Origin: the human T2T-CHM13v2.0 reference genome, Homo sapiens
Assembly: GCF_009914755.1 (NCBI RefSeq)
Contig: NC_060947.1
Length of the DNA: 64,000 bases
Reading direction: 5' to 3' (one strand)
A program made the translations under genes and the position numbers. Under the pieces are notes generated by a model that was given only the letters and a program-made list of their open reading frames with translations, had not been told where the DNA came from and searched no databases. Positions 59,520 to 64,000 of the stretch are shown one piece after another. How positions within the stretch are numbered: the stretch's first letter is position 1; each line of letters starts with the position of its first letter.

Positions 59520-61220
59520 AGGAATGTCTGAATAAATGAAGTGATAGACTGTACTCATGAACTGGAAGATGCAGACTGCTAAGGTATTAATTATTCCCAT
59601 TTGGGTTCATAGATTCATTGTCCTCTCAATCTATATCTTAGACAAATATTGTGCAAGAATTAAAAGGTCTATTCTATAATTTATTAAAATGCAAAATGTT
59701 GCAATAGATAAAAAAGAATAAAAGTAGAACATCATGCACTATGACTTCAAGACATTGCCTGAATCTACTGATACCAAAAAAAGTTTGATAGTGGCCAGAG
59801 AAGAGAATATAGATTGAAGGAAGAAAAGAGACAGTCCAGAAATTGACTCACACATAGTTAAACTCTCTTTTTAACACAGTTGATCAAGGAATTCCATGGG
59901 AAAGAAAAACATCTTCGACACATGTTGATGAAATGTTTGAATATCCTTATGGTTAAAAAGAAACTTCAACTGCCAACTCAGATTATGCACAGAAATCAAT
60001 TCAAAATGAATTATAGACTTAATCATGAAAGTTAAACAATGGCCTTTCTCAAGAAAGTAAAATAGGAGAATGGGTAGGCAAAGTCCTTCATGCCCTTGGG
60101 TAGGCAAACATTTTGTAGGGAGAATATTGAAAGCGCTAGCCATAAAAGGTAAAAATGGACAATTACACTTTTGCAAAATTAAGTACAATCATATGCCCTA
60201 TAAAAACGTTTTGGTCAATGATAGACCACATAGGTGATGGAGTGGTGGGGGGGGAGGGTCTCATAAGATTCTAACACTATGTTTTTACTGTACTTTTTCT
60301 ATGTTTAGGTGTGTAAATACTTATTGTATTACAATTGCCTATAGTATTCAATACAGTAACCTTCTGTAAAGGTTTGTAGCCCAGGAGCACTAAGCTAGAC
60401 CCTATACACTAGGTGTATAGTAGGCTATACTACCTAGGTTTGTGTAAGTGCACTCTATGATGTTCGTCCAATGACAGAATTGCCTAATGATGCATTTCTG
60501 AGAAGGCATTCTCGTTGTTAAGTGATGCATCAGTGTATTCTGAAAAGGAGATAAACAAGTGAATTATAGGCACATTAAAATGAACCCAATATTGTTGGGA
60601 TCATGGACATCCACTATAGAACTAAAATGAGATAACATCAAGACACATTAGAATAGCTAAAATATAAAGATATTGGCAAGGATCTGTTTAAAATAGTACA
60701 AATACTTTAGAAAACTGTCAGCCTGTTTCTTAAAACGTTAAACATATATACAACTTCCATGATCCAACAATCCAACTGCCATGCTTTTATCCAAGAAAAA
60801 CCAAAAGACATGTCTTCAAAAGGCCTTCTACAAGAATCTTCATAGCAGTTTTGTTCATAATAGTCCAAAACTACAAATATGCTTGTTATCTATGAATAAG
60901 TGAATGAATGAGAAAATTATGACACAGTCATAGAAAGAAAATAATTAATAATAAATACAGCAATGTGACAAAATCTAAAATATATTAAGAAGAATGAAAT
61001 AGGCAAGGAGTACATACTGTTGATTCTGCTTTTAAGCTGTAGGGTGGGAAGTGCTATAGAAATGTAATCAATGGCTTCTTCAGGAGAGGAGCATGAAGGA
61101 ATTTGTGGGGTGATAATATGTTCTATATTCTTATGGGTTGTGCAATATATTGCATAAATACGGTAATATCAATTGATATATGCAGTTAAGATCTGTGCAT
61201 TTCATGACATCTAAATTATT
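59520..61220 (+). mobile_element. Ancient L1M ORF2/3' relic interrupted by Tigger3a (further piece ~58350-58670)
   Basis: 'atgacttcaagac', 'cagtccagaaattgactcacac', 'ttgttcataatagtccaaaact'. Confidence 0.65.
60186..60535 (+). mobile_element. Tigger3a-like MITE with TA target duplication
   Basis: TA|caatcat...gcatcagtg|TA; 'tttttactgtactttttctatgtttag', 'ctaggtttgtgtaagtgcactctatgatgttcg'. Confidence 0.88.
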
Positions 61221-62682
61221 TGTCCGTAAAGCATTCTGAAGAAAATGTAAAAGAGAAATATTCAAGTGATTACTACATCAAAGAAGAATTTGGTGCCGAA
61301 TAAAATACAACAGAAGAAGAGGGAACTGAAGGAAAAAATGAAAGAGCTGTTGAAGGAGTTTTCATTCATCTGGACAAACATGAAAGGGAAAGCTGAGTTC
61401 TATCTTCAGACTATCATTAAGCATTATTAAGTGAGTTTTATTTCCAGTGAAGATGCTATCAGAGATTATGTCCAAAAATTTGTGGTGTTACAACTTTAAT
61501 ACAAAATATAAGGAAGACACATATGTGTAAGAGGATCCAGAAAGGATAGGAGTAGATTGAGTCTGTATGTTGGAATGATTAGAATATGTCTCCTTATAGG
61601 TATTACACAAATTATGCAGGTGATATTGAACATGATTTCAAGATTTTATGCATTATTTGTATTTAATTTTAAATGTTTTACAATGAAAGATGATACAGGA
61701 CAAAAATATAGAAAGGTATACTAAAAATCTACTAAACTCAAAAGCAAAGAGAGAGAAATGGAGAGAAAGCATTCAGATCATTCAATCCTTGTTGACCCTA
61801 TATGAAATAAAGAAAGCAAGTGACAAGTCATAGAATCAAAATAAAAGGTAACTCAATGAGCTAAAAACTTTTGGAAAGTACAGAATCCAAGCAGAGAAAA
61901 TAATCTCCAAACAGTGGCATGTTCTCAAAGCAAAGGTTCTTGTGTCAATGCTTTGGGTATATTCATCTGACACAGACATTTTTCATCAAACAACCATTGT
62001 TGTCTCTTCTGGAGGGTAAGTAGTGTTCTTTAAGATAATTTACCGGCCAAGTTAAGTAAAATGCTTTCTTTAAGATAAATTACTGGGTCCCAAACTAAAT
62101 AAACCCAAAGATATTAAAGTATGCTGGAAGACAATGTTACCTGGTGGTTTATAAGACCTTCTTGCAAAGCTGGATCTGTAGACAGGGAGATGTTTTGCTT
62201 AACTTCTAAGATGTTGGGTTACTGAGCTCTGTCCACATTCTTTTTGTGCAAAATTGCTTAAATTCATAACGAAATTATGACTCCATGCCATGTGGCCTGA
62301 AGATGAGTCGTGTTCAGATTATATGCATTACATTTCAGCAGTTTTCTGGTGATGGCGTGATGTGTTTTATTCTCTATACCCACTACTTCTGATTCCCAGA
62401 CCTTGTAGAAGATGTGTGCATTACCACAATGAACTTCAACTTGGTTTTGACAAAAAAACTCCTTACTTTCATGACTCATCCTACCCTTTGAGATCAGATG
62501 GCTTAGCTAAGCTCATCTGTCTTTTGCTTAAAATAAGTTTTATCCTAACCATATGACTAAAAAATCTTAACTATTTATCTGTCTATGTAAAACTCTACAA
62601 GTAGACATTTTCCACTTTTCAGAAAAAACGTTAAATAATTTAAATTTATGGCTCTAACTATATGGTTAAAATTAAAATTGCA

Positions 62683-62870
62683 AAGGGGTAAAGGGGAGAA
62701 GGGAGAGGAGCAGAAAAGATCACTATTCAGTACTGGGCTTCATACCTAGGTGTTGAAATTATCTGTATACCAAACCCCTGTGACACATCTTTACCTATAT
62801 AAAAAACCTTCACATGTACCCCCAAACCTAAAATAAAAGTGAAAAAATAAAATAAATAAATAAAATAAAA
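62683..62870 (+). mobile_element. Short old L1PA/L1PREC2-type 3' end
   Basis: 'agaggagcagaaaagatcactatt...cacatgtacccccaaacctaaaataaaagt' with (TAAA)n tail. Confidence 0.85.
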
Positions 62871-63362
62871 TTACTTAAGGGAAAAAAGTGACAAAAATTC
62901 TATACATTTCAGTGAAAGCGTTCTTTTCATAATAGTCACATTGAGAGAGTATGTGTTTGATTTAGTGTTGCTGGGGTTGCTAAAAACATTGTTGGATCTT
63001 TAAAAAATTGAATCTGGAATTCGTTAGTACATTTATATTTTTAGTCTGCACTCTTATTAGTTGTATGATTAAATTCCCATGGAAAAGATTGCAGTGTTAC
63101 AGAATTTATTCCCTGTCCTCCCCAGTCCTACTCCTCTCTTCAGAATGAGTCATCGTCAACATTTCAGTGTCCATCCTGACATTCTGCATATCATTCCCTC
63201 CTGTGTATCAATATGCAATACATTTCTATCTAAAAAAATGATTGGGATCATATTATATCTAAATTATGACTTGCAGTTTTCCATGTCTGCTCATATAAAT
63301 TTGTCAGATCTTCTGATTACCTAGTTTTCCATTGTATGAACGACACAATTTTCTTTTTGATT

Positions 63363-63668
63363 CTTTTATTTATCTATTTATACAGGGTCTTGCTACATCA
63401 CCCCTGCTGGAATGCAGTGGTGAGAATCATAGCTCACTGCAACCTTGACCTCTTGGGCTCAAGCAATTCTCTCACTTCAGTCTCCTGAGTAGCTTGGGAC
63501 CGTATATACATGCCGCTACACAAGACTAGTGTTTTATTTTTAATTTTCTGTCGAGGTGAGACTTTGCTGTGTAGCCTAGGCTGGTCTCAGACTCCTGGAT
63601 TCAAGTGATCCTCTTGCCGTAGCCTCCCAAAGTGCTGAGATTAGACGTGTGAGCCACCATGCCTGGCC
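63363..63668 (-). mobile_element. AluJ, diverged
   Basis: 'atcatagctcactgcaaccttgacctcttgggctcaagc...gagccaccatgcctggcc'. Confidence 0.88.
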
Positions 63669-64000
63669 AATGGTCACTCCTTGAGCTTCTAGTCTAAATA
63701 GTATGATGCCATAGACATAGCATGTTAATATGATGGTAGCATATGGAGGGAGCCCAGGCCCTTGCTATAACATAAGGCAGAAGAGAAGACAATGCATTCG
63801 GGAAGAGAGACTGAATGTCAACTGATTTCTCTTCCAACTGATGGAAACTCTTTTTAATTCTTCATCCTATAAGAAATAGAAAATAATACATTCCACCAAG
63901 CAATGATTGCATACCATGTAACTAAGCCTATGTTCATCTGTGTTCAGAAAAACAGAATATCAAATCTAGTACAAAAATTGTAATTATGGCTAGTTCTTGT

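Noticed and set aside
60238-60258. G-rich patch inside Tigger3a
   Set aside because: Small slippage expansion with no further support
62025-62086. Spaced ~20-bp direct repeat (TTCTTTAAGATAA.TTAC.GG)
   Set aside because: Only two imperfect copies; not a CRISPR-like array, likely old slippage

Overview
This is AT-rich, CpG-poor primate (human-like) non-coding DNA, probably intergenic or deep intronic. I find no host protein-coding exon, RNA gene, CpG island or microbial system. The window is mostly repeats: about 20 Alu or Alu-monomer copies (J, S, Y), many L1 remnants, solo LTRs (MLT2, MST, MLT1, THE1, MER66, MER41, MER4 families), DNA-transposon relics (MER1, Tigger3, MER5) and simple repeats. 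The only long real ORF (11862-13430, 522 aa) is the C-terminal part of L1 ORF2p in a young 5'-truncated L1PA2-like copy. The other listed ORFs look like Alu, L1, microsatellite or chance ORFs. The features worth following up are structural: a ~190-bp ~95% identical inverted duplication (20566-21370), a perfect 29-bp-arm hairpin beside overlapping palindromes (3136-3379), a patch of templated inverted insertions in an old L1 (54813-55646), a 156-bp L1 insertion with inversion and a possible mini 3' transduction (17372-17555), and an ~11-bp-phased GATA-motif array in a MER4 LTR. Repeat subfamily calls come from remembered consensus motifs, not from a RepeatMasker run, and boundaries of old elements are approximate. 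I cannot support a claim of a new biological system here.
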